This document shows, piece by piece, positions 36,250 to 44,812 of a stretch of DNA of 64,000 bases. This stretch comes from an uncultured Acidimicrobiaceae bacterium (GTDB lineage Bacteria; Actinomycetota; Acidimicrobiia; Acidimicrobiales; RAAP-2): positions 37,722-101,721 of the forward strand of contig CAWHKZ010000004.1 in assembly GCA_963830165.1 (NCBI GenBank), read 5' to 3'. Position 1 is the stretch's first letter; each line of letters begins with the position of its first letter. The translations under genes and the position numbers were made by a program. The notes under the pieces are model-generated. The model was given only the letters and a program-made list of their open reading frames with translations, was not told the origin of the DNA and did not search any database.

Positions 36250-36885
36250 ATGGGCGGACGGTTGACAGCCCGGCCCCGCACCCTGAAGCGGGCGTTCTAC
36301 GAACGGCCAGCGGAGATGGTCGCCGGCAGCCTGATCGGTAAGATCTTCTCGTACGGACCGCTACGTGGCCGCATCGTCGAGGTGGAGGCGTACGACGAGA
36401 AGGAGCCGGCAAGCCGTGGATTCTCCGGTCTCCGAACGGGCAATGCGACACTGTTCGGACCGCCGGGGCGCCTCGAGGTCTACCTCACCTACGGGGTCAA
36501 CTACCTGACGAATGTCGTGTGTCAGCCGGTCGGCGTCGGGTCCGGCGTCCTCATCCGGGCGTTGGAACCACTCACCGGGATGCGGCTGATGCGGGCCAAC
36601 CGGGGCGATCCCCGCGACCCGGATCGGCGGCTGTGCAGCGGACCCGGTCGCCTCTCCAAAGCGTTCGGCCTCAGTCGGGCCGACAACGATACGGATCTGG
36701 TCGTCGGCAAGATCCGGATCCTCGACGACGACAGTTCGCTTCCGTACGCCAGGAGCGCTCGAGTCGGCGTCTCCGCGGGCCAGCACCTGGACTGGCGATT
36801 CTACGTTGAAGGCAATCCGAGCGTGTCCGTGGCGCGCGTTCCCGTGACACCGATGAAAGCGGCCGAGCCACGGACGGCGCCGTAG
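36250..36885 (+). CDS. mpg: DNA-3-methyladenine glycosylase (Mpg/AAG family)
   Basis: FYERPAEMVAGSLIGKIF...GRIVEVEAYD...PASRGF...LFGPPGRLEVYLTYGVNYLTNVV...GPGRLSKAFG are AAG-family motifs. Confidence 0.85.
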   Translation: MGGRLTARPRTLKRAFYERPAEMVAGSLIGKIFSYGPLRGRIVEVEAYDEKEPASRGFSGLRTGNATLFGPPGRLEVYLTYGVNYLTNVVCQPVGVGSGVLIRALEPLTGMRLMRANRGDPRDPDRRLCSGPGRLSKAFGLSRADNDTDLVVGKIRILDDDSSLPYARSARVGVSAGQHLDWRFYVEGNPSVSVARVPVTPMKAAEPRTAP

Positions 36886-36957
36886 GTCCTTCCGCCCTAC
36901 CCACGGCTCAGACCCCGTCGCAGACGGGGTTCGGGCCCACATCAATGGAGGTGCCAG

Positions 36958-37389
36958 ATGGCCGAATTCACACCGCCCGCCGAAGGAATTCTGTTGGGCC
37001 ACTTCATCGTCTCGGACGACGTCGAGCGTTCCCGGCGCTTCTACACCGACGTGTTGGGCGGCGAGGTGGTCTTCTCCGGAGATGTGACCTATGTGGCCCT
37101 TGCCAACAGTTGGATCATCATCAACGTCGGCGGAGGTCCGACGGACGACAAGCCCTCGGTCACCCTGGAGACACCACGAGACCTCGACCGGGTCAGCAGC
37201 TTCCTCAACATCCGCGTGAGGGACATCCAGGCGGTCTACGACGAGTGGAGCGCCCGGGGAGCTGAATTCCTGACCCCGCCGAAGCAGCACCAGTACGAAA
37301 TCCGTTGCTACATCCGCGATCCCGACGGTCATCTGATCGAAGTCGGGCAGACCACGGACCCGGAGGGCGACTGGTCGGCATGGACCTGA
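36958..37389 (+). CDS. VOC family protein
   Basis: LGHFIVSDDVERSRRFYTDVLGGEVV...YIRDPDGHLIEV. GGAGG precedes the ATG. Confidence 0.85.
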   Translation: MAEFTPPAEGILLGHFIVSDDVERSRRFYTDVLGGEVVFSGDVTYVALANSWIIINVGGGPTDDKPSVTLETPRDLDRVSSFLNIRVRDIQAVYDEWSARGAEFLTPPKQHQYEIRCYIRDPDGHLIEVGQTTDPEGDWSAWT

Positions 37390-37548
37390 CCGGTCCGACC
37401 GTAGAGGGTGGCTCGCGCCAGGAGACCCGGCATGACCGACGATCAGCTGCACGTCGATGATTCGGGACCAGGCCACCCCACTGCCTGGTCCCGGCACCTT
37501 TCCCCTGTAACTGTCGTTGGATAATTTGCAACCGAGGAGGTTTCGGTC

Positions 37549-38184
37549 ATGACCACGGCAGTGATCGGCAGTGGGAAGATCGGATCGACCATCGCCCGCC
37601 TGCTCGCCTCCGGCGGGGAGAGCCTGCGGCTCTCGAGCGCAGACAGCCGATCGGCAAGGACACTGGCGGAACAGATCGGTCGAGCCGCCGTGCCCGCCGC
37701 CGACAACCGCGATGCGTTACAGGGAGCCGACGCCGTCGTTCTCGGGCTTCGGTTCACCGTGCTGGAGGGCGTGATCGGCGAGATCGCCGACCTGGTGGAG
37801 GACAAGCTCGTCGTGGTCCCGAGCAACCCGGTCGGCGTGGACGACGCGGGCAACGTCGTACGGCTCCTGCCGGAGCAGCAGTCATCCGGCGAGGTGGTCG
37901 CCGGGTGGCTGCCAGCGGGGGCGCACCTGGCCATGGCGTTCGGAGCCATGTCGGCCGATCTCCTGGAATCCTCCAGCAACCGGTCACCGGAAGCGGCGGT
38001 GCTCTTCTACGTCACCGACGACAACCGTGCCGCCGACGAAGTCGAACGGCTGATCCGCACGGCCGGCTTCGAACCGGTGACGGTCGGCGGAATCGACCAA
38101 TCCAGCCGGCTCGAGGTGGGCGGTGACCTGCACGATCTGGTGGTCGATCCTGCTCAGGGACGGTCTCTGACGGATCGGAACTGA
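37549..38184 (+). CDS. NADP oxidoreductase, coenzyme F420-dependent-like (NAD(P)-binding Rossmann protein)
   Basis: MTTAVIGSGKIGSTIARLLASGG is a GxGxxG Rossmann motif. ...FYVTDDNRAADEVERLIRTAGFEPVTVGG is typical of the NpdG-like family. GAGGAGG precedes the ATG. Confidence 0.75.
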   Translation: MTTAVIGSGKIGSTIARLLASGGESLRLSSADSRSARTLAEQIGRAAVPAADNRDALQGADAVVLGLRFTVLEGVIGEIADLVEDKLVVVPSNPVGVDDAGNVVRLLPEQQSSGEVVAGWLPAGAHLAMAFGAMSADLLESSSNRSPEAAVLFYVTDDNRAADEVERLIRTAGFEPVTVGGIDQSSRLEVGGDLHDLVVDPAQGRSLTDRN

Positions 38185-38561
38185 CCGATGGTCGGGTGCG
38201 GAACGCGACGTCCAGGACACGAGATCGTCACCCTGGGGCACGGCTACCAACCCCTCAGAGGCGGGCCCCGATGACCTACCGTGCCTAGGTTCACGATGCC
38301 GCGCCACCGAGCCGATCCGGCTCTTCGAACATGGCCAGTGCTTGCTCCCGTTGCTGCGCCCGGAATCGCATCACCTCGGAGGCATGCCCCACTTGGATAT
38401 GACGACGTCAAAGTGGGGCAACCGAACTCTTTGCGGCGCTCGTAGAGCGACCTCCAGCTCGCCGGCGGAGGCGGTGCGTCAGTGCCCTTCATGGTGGGTG
38501 ACTCCGTGTCCTGATCACCATGCTTGGGCGAGAGCGACTACCTCTTCGGTCTCTCCTGGCG

Positions 38562-38603
38562 TTGACATTACGAGGTCAGCCCCCGTAGAGTTGTCTTATG
38601 ACA
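38562..38603 (+). promoter_or_regulatory. Sigma-70-type promoter (TTGACA-N18-TAGAGT) and palindromic operator (TGTCTTATGACA) for a leaderless GntR-ABC operon
   Basis: TTGACA is at 38562-38567 and TAGAGT at 38586-38591. The ATG at 38598 lies 6 nt after the -10 box. The palindrome 38592-38603 spans the start codon. Confidence 0.5.
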
Positions 38604-39080
38604 CTAGGACAGGGGGATAGCGACCGGGTCGGCGCTCAGATCTCACCGATTGAGTTCCGGCTCGACCCCGCTTCAGGTGTGCCGACCTATCTCCAACTCG
38701 TCCATCAGGTCGAGCATGCGCTGCGGCTCGGCTACCTCAAACCCGGTGACCAACTGCCCAAGGTCAGGGATGCCGTCGCCTCGCTGGCCATCAACCCGAA
38801 CACGGTGTCCAAGGCCTATCGCGAACTGGAAACCAAGGGTCTCATCGTGGGGCGCCCGGGCCAGGGCACATTCATCTTGGCCACCCTCAGCGAGGTTGCG
38901 CTACCCGAGCTGACCGGACTTCGGCGATCCCTGCGGGGCTGGCTGGCCAAGGCGGACGCGGCTGGGCTCGACGAGAGCGGCATTGCGGCACTCGTCGCAA
39001 GCGAACTGCGGGATTTTTATGAGCGTCGTAGCGGTTCGCGCTCAGCCGCCCAAGTTGGCGAAACGGAGGGTGTTGCATGA
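38598..39080 (+). CDS. GntR-family (YtrA-like) transcriptional regulator
   Basis: GVPTYLQLVHQVEHALRLGYLKPGDQLPKVRDAVASLAINPNTVSKAYRELETKGLIVGRPGQGTFI is the GntR winged HTH. The C-terminal domain is short. Confidence 0.85.
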   Translation: MTLGQGDSDRVGAQISPIEFRLDPASGVPTYLQLVHQVEHALRLGYLKPGDQLPKVRDAVASLAINPNTVSKAYRELETKGLIVGRPGQGTFILATLSEVALPELTGLRRSLRGWLAKADAAGLDESGIAALVASELRDFYERRSGSRSAAQVGETEGVA

Positions 39081-39988
39081 ATATCATCGAGACTCACAGC
39101 CTCGGCAAATCGTACGGAGCGACCAAAGCGCTCGACGACTGCAACCTTGCGATCCCTGAGGGGCACGTGGCCGCGCTGGTCGGACCCAACGGTGCTGGAA
39201 AGTCGACACTGCTGAATCTCGCGGTCGGGCTGGCAACGCCGACGAGCGGCGAGTTGAGCGTTCTCGGTGGGTACCGCGCCGGCTCATTGCCGGCACTCGA
39301 CGGCATCGGTTTCGTTGCTCAGGACACGCCGCTCTACAAGAACCTGTCGGCCGCCGACACGCTGCATCTCACCCGGAATCTCAACCGGCACTTCGACCAG
39401 GCTTACGCCGAGGCCCGGTTGGCCGAGCTGGGCATCCCTCAGAAGCGTAAGACGGGCAAGCTCTCGGGCGGCCAGCAGGCCCAGCTCGCGTTGACCCTGG
39501 CGCTGGCCCGCCGACCGCGCCTTCTCGTGCTCGATGAGCCGGTGGCAATGCTCGACCCGATCGCCCGCCACGATTTCATGGCTACGGTGCTGACGGCGGC
39601 GGCCGACGACGGCGTGTCTGTGCTGCTGTCCTCGCACGTGCTCGCCGAACTCGAGCGGGTGGCCGACTATCTGATCATGATGTCCTTGGGCCGCATCCAG
39701 GTGGCGGGCGAGATCGACGATCTACTCGCGGGCCACCGCTTGCTGACCGGCCCGACCGCCGAGGCCGGTCGATACGACGAACGGCCGGTCGTGCATGTTC
39801 GCGGCGGCGATGCCCAGGCTCATCTGCTGGTTCGGTCCACCGCGGACGACCCGGTCCCACCGGGTTGGGAGGCGCATCCGGTCGGCTTGGAAGAGCTCGC
39901 TCTGGCCTATTTGCGCGAGCCCGACGCCGCCGCTCTGCCTGGTCCGGTCGGAAGTTGGGATGCCGACCCAGCGGAGGTGACGAGATGA
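39077..39988 (+). CDS. ABC transporter ATP-binding protein
   Basis: GPNGAGKSTLL, LSGGQQAQLAL and LLVLDEP are present. Its ATG overlaps the GntR stop (ATGA). Confidence 0.9.
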   Translation: MNIIETHSLGKSYGATKALDDCNLAIPEGHVAALVGPNGAGKSTLLNLAVGLATPTSGELSVLGGYRAGSLPALDGIGFVAQDTPLYKNLSAADTLHLTRNLNRHFDQAYAEARLAELGIPQKRKTGKLSGGQQAQLALTLALARRPRLLVLDEPVAMLDPIARHDFMATVLTAAADDGVSVLLSSHVLAELERVADYLIMMSLGRIQVAGEIDDLLAGHRLLTGPTAEAGRYDERPVVHVRGGDAQAHLLVRSTADDPVPPGWEAHPVGLEELALAYLREPDAAALPGPVGSWDADPAEVTR

Positions 39989-41047
39989 CCGCGCTGAGCA
40001 CGATGTCCGCACCCACGCTCGTGAAGGAGAGTGCGGACCTGCGGCCGCTGCCCTGGCGACGGATGGCCTGGGTCACCTGGCGCCAGCACCGCACGGCACT
40101 GATCGGCGTGGTGGCGTTGACCGGCGCGCTGGCCCTCTGCTTGCTGATCGTCGGGCTTCAGCTACACCACGCCTACGCCGCTGCGATTGCCTGTCATCCG
40201 GCGAATTCGGCAGCCTGCAATGCCATGGTCGCCCACTTCAATGGCATCGGCAACTTTCTGACCAATGGCCTTGTCTTCCTGGTCGTGCCACCCCTGATCG
40301 GGGCGTTCGTCGGGGCGCCGTTGCTTGCCCGCGAGTTCGAGGCCGGTACCTTCCGCTACGCCTGGTCCCAGGGCTTCGGGCGGTGGCGCTGGACGCTCGC
40401 CAAGTTGGTGGCGCTCGGAGTTGTGGTGGCCGTGGCCAGTGGCGCCCTCAGCGTGCTGGCCTCGTGGTACTACCGGCCGTATTTCGCCTCGGGCATTCAG
40501 TCCCTGTCCCTTACCACGTTCAATCCGCTCAATCCTGTTTTGTTCGAGCAGCGTGGCGTTGCCTTCGCCGCATGGACTCTGGCCGCTTTCGCAATCGGCG
40601 CCCTGGCTGGCGTGCTCATTCGTAGAGTCGTCCCTGCCATCGTGACCACACTGGCTGTGTGCGGTGCTCTCACCTTCGCGACGGGGGGGGTGGCTACGCA
40701 TGCACTACCTGACTCCGCTGGTCACCAGGGGACTCAACGCGCCGAGTTCCGCGCGGATCGTAAGCCAATGGGGAAGCAGGGGCGGCCGAGTCGTCTTCAC
40801 CGGACCGCCGTCCTTTCCGATCTACCAGCAGTACTGCTCCGCTCAGGCCGGACTGGGCAAGGGCGGCGGGTCGGGGTCGGGGAATCCCCTCCAGTGCATG
40901 GCTCAGCACGGCTTCACGTTCTGGACCAGCTACCAGCCGGCCAGACGGTATTGGGCGTTACAGTGGATCGAGGGCGGTTGGGTTCTCGCGCTATCGGTGC
41001 TGCTCATCGCCGTGACCGTCTGGCTCGTCCGTCGCCGCGCAATCTGA
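39985..41047 (+). pseudogene. ABC-2-type transporter permease interrupted by a +1 frameshift in a G8 tract (40683-40690)
   Basis: The N-terminal frame reads MTALSTM...LTFATGG. The sequence continues in the frame of ORF 40664..41047 as GWLRMHYLTPLVTRGLN...YWALQWIEGGWVLALSVLLIAVTVWLVRRRAI. Removing one G restores a single 353-codon ORF. Its ATG overlaps the ATPase stop (ATGA). Confidence 0.75.
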
Positions 41048-41161
41048 AGTTTGCTATCCCCCCACACCCGCCCCCGATTTGCAAACGGCACGGCGTCAAC
41101 GGGTCGCCCATATCACCGGGTGGATGCGACACTCCGCCTCCAACTCGTGGCCCGTAAGATC

Positions 41162-41644
41162 GTGAAAGTGAGCGACGCCGGGCAGCCTCAGTTCCCAGAG
41201 CGACTTCCCGTGAGCCGCTTGCGGGATGTACTCCCGGTTGACCAGCCAGATAGGGCGCTGCCCTACGGTGGACGGGTCCAGATCCTGAGCGTCGAGCGGT
41301 ACGACGCTCGCGTGGGGGTGAACTGGCGGTTGGCTCCGATTCCTGATGCGGTCGAGCAACATGAACTAGCCATGGACGTTCACGAACGGGCGACGAGCGG
41401 ACTATCTGACGAGGAGCGAGAAGCCCGATGGGATGAACTTGTTCGGCGACTCGTCAGCCCTGGCCTGTGGGTCCACCTTTCAGACGACATCGGTACGACT
41501 TACCGCTCGTGTGGCGGAGGCAGCCACGGAGGTAGTCAAGAGAAGGTCGGCCGCATGGACTTCGTCCCGGCGGTGCCGAAAGCGGCATCCGTCCTCACGG
41601 TCCACTGGGGCAACTTGGAGTTCGCAATTCTATTGCCGCCATGA
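41162..41644 (+). CDS. Hypothetical protein (start uncertain)
   Basis: It lies within ORF 41051..41644. The composition is ordinary from about VKVSDAGQPQFPERL onward. No family recognised. Confidence 0.4.
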   Translation: MKVSDAGQPQFPERLPVSRLRDVLPVDQPDRALPYGGRVQILSVERYDARVGVNWRLAPIPDAVEQHELAMDVHERATSGLSDEEREARWDELVRRLVSPGLWVHLSDDIGTTYRSCGGGSHGGSQEKVGRMDFVPAVPKAASVLTVHWGNLEFAILLPP

Positions 41645-41749
41645 ACCATCGGCCCCTGTCCCCAAACACCGGTTATACAGGTGATCCACCCCCTGGGCTA
41701 GGCATCCGGGGGATCCTCCTCGGGTGCAATCCCGACCTGGAGGTGTGCG

Positions 41750-42022
41750 GTGGTGTGGAGTCCGACTTACGAGAGTCACGTCCGTCCGGACGGTGAGCTC
41801 GAGTACCGAATCGGCCACGAGTTGGTCGATCAGTTCCTGGAGTTCGTGGTGGGCCGGGCCCGTCCGAACACCGTGCGGTGCTACGCCCACGACCTGAGTG
41901 TGTTCTTCACCGTGGTGGAGAAGGAGCCCGTCGAGGTGACACCGAAGGACGTGATGGCCTTCGTGACCGCGCAGCGCCGCCGCCGTCGTCGACGCACACC
42001 GTGCCATCCAGCTGGCCGATGA
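41750..42022 (+). pseudogene. Tyrosine recombinase/integrase, N-terminal SAM-like domain fragment only
   Basis: ELVDQFLEFVVGRARPNTVRCYAHDLSVFFTVVEKEPVEVTPKDVMAFVTAQR matches the N-terminal core-binding domain. The reading then degenerates (RRRRRRTPCHPAGR*) and there is no catalytic domain. Confidence 0.6.
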
Positions 42023-42125
42023 CGACCATGAGCGGTTCCTCAAGGCGCTGGACGGTCCCGTCCATCCACCGAAGGAGCTCGTTGCCCAGGCCCGTCGAGC
42101 ACGTCGACTCAAGCGAGTCGACTGA
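41967..42125 (+). pseudogene. DUF1778 (TacA-like) antitoxin, C-terminal remnant without a start codon
   Basis: Hand translation gives ...VVDAHRAIQLADDDHERFLKALDGPVHPPKELVAQARRARRLKRVD*. The TGA at 42123-42125 abuts the toxin GTG. In-frame stops lie at 41952 and 41964, and there is no ATG or GTG in between. Confidence 0.5.
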
Positions 42126-42629
42126 GTGCGCGTCGAGCGCCTCGGGGATCATCACCAACTCGGCTCGTTCAGCTGCGGTGTGAAGGCTCTTGACCACTGG
42201 CTGCGCGACCACGCCCTCGACAACCAACGACGCAACCTGTCGCGCACGTTCGTGTTGCTCGATGACGGAGACCGCGCCGTCGGCTTTTACGCACTCACGA
42301 TGGGTGGAGTCCGCAGGGAGGCACTACCTGCTCGCTACGCAAGAGGGCTGCCTCCGTACGAGATCGGGATGGTGCTCCTGGCCCGCTTCGCCGTTGCGGA
42401 CGATCACCAGAGTCAGGGGCTCGGTCGCGACCTGCTGATCGAGGCGATCGAGCGGGCCGCGGATGCCGGTACCCAGGCCGCTGCTCGGTTCATCGCCGTC
42501 GATCCGATCGACGAGAACGCGAGAGCGTTCTACGACATGTTCGCGTTCAAGCAGATCCAGGGCGACCGCGGCGGCCGGATGTATCTACGGATCGATGACG
42601 CGCTGGCCGCACTCGAAGGCTCCGAATAA
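42126..42629 (+). CDS. GNAT-family N-acetyltransferase toxin (TacT/KacT-like type II TA toxin)
   Basis: FSCGVKALDHWLRDHALDNQRRNLSRTFVLLDD..AVGFYALTMGGV...LLARFAVADDHQSQGLGRDLL...FIAVDPIDENARAFYDMFAFK is the architecture of DUF1778-associated GNAT toxins. Confidence 0.8.
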   Translation: MRVERLGDHHQLGSFSCGVKALDHWLRDHALDNQRRNLSRTFVLLDDGDRAVGFYALTMGGVRREALPARYARGLPPYEIGMVLLARFAVADDHQSQGLGRDLLIEAIERAADAGTQAAARFIAVDPIDENARAFYDMFAFKQIQGDRGGRMYLRIDDALAALEGSE

Positions 42630-42912
42630 GCGAAGCCCCGGCTTCGGTCGCCGAAGCGGACGACCAGATACCTCGGGTGCGCTCCCTGCATCACAGCACC
42701 CGCAAACTACGAAGGATGAAAACACCAAGAGGCAGGGCCAGGTCCCAGCCCCGCAGCGGCTATCTCCATTCCATCGGCCCTGCTGCCGCGGCCAGCCGAC
42801 GACCGTTGGTAGATCGACCCCTCGCCGTTGCCCCGTTTGCCTCCCACGCCTGCCCCGATCCTCGTTGCTGACATCGGCTGTTTTGAGGTTACGCCCGGGT
42901 GTGTAATTGCAA

Positions 42913-42938
42913 GAAACCCCAGCCTGAGCTGGAGTTTC
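42913..42938 (-). terminator. Stem-loop immediately 3' of tRNA-Val
   Basis: On the minus strand GAAACTCCAGC-TCAG-GCTGGGGTTTC forms an 11-bp stem with one G:U pair, followed by TTGCAATT. Confidence 0.4.
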
Positions 42939-42940
42939 TC

Positions 42941-43016
42941 TGGTGGGCCGTGCGGGACTTGAACCCACGACCCCTTGCGTGTCATGCAAGTGCGCTACCA
43001 ACTGCGCCAACGGCCC
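42941..43016 (-). tRNA. tRNA-Val (anticodon GAC), CCA encoded
   Basis: Folded by hand: acceptor GGGCCGT/ACGGCCC, anticodon stem CTTGC/GCAAG, loop AT-GAC-AC, T-loop GGTTCAAGT, 3' ACCA. Confidence 0.95.
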
Positions 43017-43091
43017 GTGGGGGACGACGTTACCACCCACTCCCCCGGCTGACGGCCGATGCGGGCCCTGCGGACGGCACCCCCACTGCCG

Positions 43092-43910
43092 CTACGGCGA
43101 GGAGAACGTCGACGCGGTCGGCTGTGCGGCCTCCAGGGCCTGCCAACCGCTGAGCAGTCGCTTGCGCTCCGCTTCGGCGGCGTGCCCCCCACGCACGCCG
43201 AACAGCCGCTTCGCCCACAGGAGATAGGCCGCCACCAGGACGTTCAGCACGAGGGCCAGGACCTTCAGGACACTGACCTTCAGGAACAGCTCGTAGATCT
43301 CGTACGGGATGAACAGGCAGGTGGCGACGAAGGTCAGGTACTCGGCCCACCGCATGTTCCACCACAGCCCGACGGCCTCGGTCGCCTCGACCGCGGCCAG
43401 GGCGAGGAAGATCAGCGCCAGAACGATCAGGTGGGTCGGTGAGTAGTCGAACGCCTTGCCGAGGTAGCCGAGCAGCCCCCGCACCCGGCTGACCGTCGCC
43501 CCACCCCCGTTGAGGGCGTTCATCAGGTCCTCGTAGTCGTTGTGCAGCGTCCGGTCGTGGCCGGCGAAGGTGAAGAACGCCACCGCCAGAAGGCACAGCA
43601 GCAGCACGTGCACCACCCGGTCGAGGGCGATCAACCGCAGGACGTACCGGTCGCGCAGCGCCGGACCCCGCAGCGGCAGCTCGATCTCCTCCCGACCCGG
43701 AACCCGCGCCCCGTCCGGCTGGTCGGCGGGGTCGACGGGCACCCAGGCGTCACACCGCAGGCACCGGCACCAGCGCACCCCCTCGACGTCCCGGGCGACG
43801 AGGGCATCCTCCGGGGTGACGGTCCGGGCACCACCCCCCACCAGGGCGTGACCGCTCCAGGCGCAGGTGAACAGTTCGAACCGGTTCTCCGGTCGCTTCC
43901 TTCGGGCCAC
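43092..43910 (-). CDS. DUF2127-like membrane protein with an N-terminal Cys/His cluster
   Basis: ORF of 272 aa. FTCAWSGH...WCRCLRCDAW is followed by four hydrophobic segments and the ending YLLWAKRLFG, typical of DUF2127. GTG start. Confidence 0.7.
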   Translation of the reverse strand: MARRKRPENRFELFTCAWSGHALVGGGARTVTPEDALVARDVEGVRWCRCLRCDAWVPVDPADQPDGARVPGREEIELPLRGPALRDRYVLRLIALDRVVHVLLLCLLAVAFFTFAGHDRTLHNDYEDLMNALNGGGATVSRVRGLLGYLGKAFDYSPTHLIVLALIFLALAAVEATEAVGLWWNMRWAEYLTFVATCLFIPYEIYELFLKVSVLKVLALVLNVLVAAYLLWAKRLFGVRGGHAAEAERKRLLSGWQALEAAQPTASTFSSP

Positions 43911-43956
43911 GCGATCACCCTAGGCTTGCCGCGCCGGGACGAAAGGGGCATCGACA

Positions 43957-44760
43957 GTGACGGACGTGGACGACGCGCTGCAGGAGATCGACGAGGTCGG
44001 CTACACGATCCTGGAGGACGTGATCGAGCCGGACCTCCTCGACGCCCTGGACGACGACCTCGACCGGCTCGAGCGCGACCTCTCGATCGTTCCGGCGTCA
44101 AACGCCTTCGAGGGCACGAGGACCGTGCGGATCTACAACCTCCTGGCCCACGGCCCGAACTTCGCCCGCATCCCGTTGCACCCGTCGGTGCTGCCCGTGG
44201 TGGAGGGCGTGCTCGACCCCGGCCTGCTCGTGTCGTCGCTCTCGTCGATCGCCATCGGCCCCGACGAGACCCCGCAGCCCGTCCACGCCGACGACCAGAT
44301 CATCCCGCTGCCCAAGCCCCACCCGCCCACCGTGTGCAACACGATGTGGGCACTCACCGACTTCACCGAGGCCAACGGCGCCACCCGGCTGGTACCGGGC
44401 TCCCACCGGGCCGACCACTCCCCCGACCTGACCGCCCGGTACGACACGGTGCCCGCCGAGATGGGCCGGGGCAGCGTGCTCGTCTGGCACGGCAGCCTGT
44501 GGCACGGCGGCGGGGCCAACACCACCGACCGCCGTCGGGTCGGCATCGCCATGAACTACTGCGCGGGGTACATCCGCCAGCAGGAGAACCAGCAGCTGGG
44601 CCTCGGGCTCTCCACGGTGCGGACGTTCCCTCCCCGGCTCCAGGAGCTGTGCGGGTTCGGGATCTACCGGGGGCTCATCGGCCACATCGACAAGCAGGTC
44701 CCGGCCACGGTCCTGCTCGGGTCCGAGGCCGACCCCCGGCTCATCTGGGACCTGGCCTGA
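43957..44760 (+). CDS. Phytanoyl-CoA dioxygenase (PhyH) family protein
   Basis: GYTILEDVIEPDLLDAL...PVHADD...TDFTEANGATRLVPGSH...WHGSLWHGGGAN is the His-x-Asp...His 2OG-Fe(II) pattern. Confidence 0.85.
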   Translation: MTDVDDALQEIDEVGYTILEDVIEPDLLDALDDDLDRLERDLSIVPASNAFEGTRTVRIYNLLAHGPNFARIPLHPSVLPVVEGVLDPGLLVSSLSSIAIGPDETPQPVHADDQIIPLPKPHPPTVCNTMWALTDFTEANGATRLVPGSHRADHSPDLTARYDTVPAEMGRGSVLVWHGSLWHGGGANTTDRRRVGIAMNYCAGYIRQQENQQLGLGLSTVRTFPPRLQELCGFGIYRGLIGHIDKQVPATVLLGSEADPRLIWDLA

Positions 44761-44812
44761 CGTTCCCGTAGGCCGGTTCGTCCGACCACACCACACGGCG
44801 CTACCGTCGCGC

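Noticed and set aside
38244-38492. An ORF, plus other minus-strand frames, in the 413-nt gap before the GntR promoter. Fragments such as ...HASEVMRFRAQQREQALAMFEEPDRLGGAAS* and ...AGELEVAL... look vaguely protein-like.
   Set aside because: The sense jumps between three frames over under 250 nt with stops in each, and I recognise no family. It is at best debris of a decayed gene, so I did not call a feature.
34698-38597. Searched by eye for a direct repeat of the tRNA-Val 3' half (tggtgggccgtgcgggacttgaaccc) that would mark the far att site of the proposed island.
   Set aside because: I found only an 8-9-nt resemblance (gtgcggaac near 38200), which is not distinguishable from chance. The left boundary is left undefined.
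42630-42912. ~280-nt gap between the GNAT toxin and tRNA-Val, with small hairpins (GAAGC-CCCG-GCTTC; GGTCG...CGACC) and ORFs 42707..42985 and 42585..43040.
   Set aside because: The ORFs overlap the tRNA and have implausible composition. The hairpins are short and lack a U-tract. I could not support an sRNA or an att site from sequence alone.
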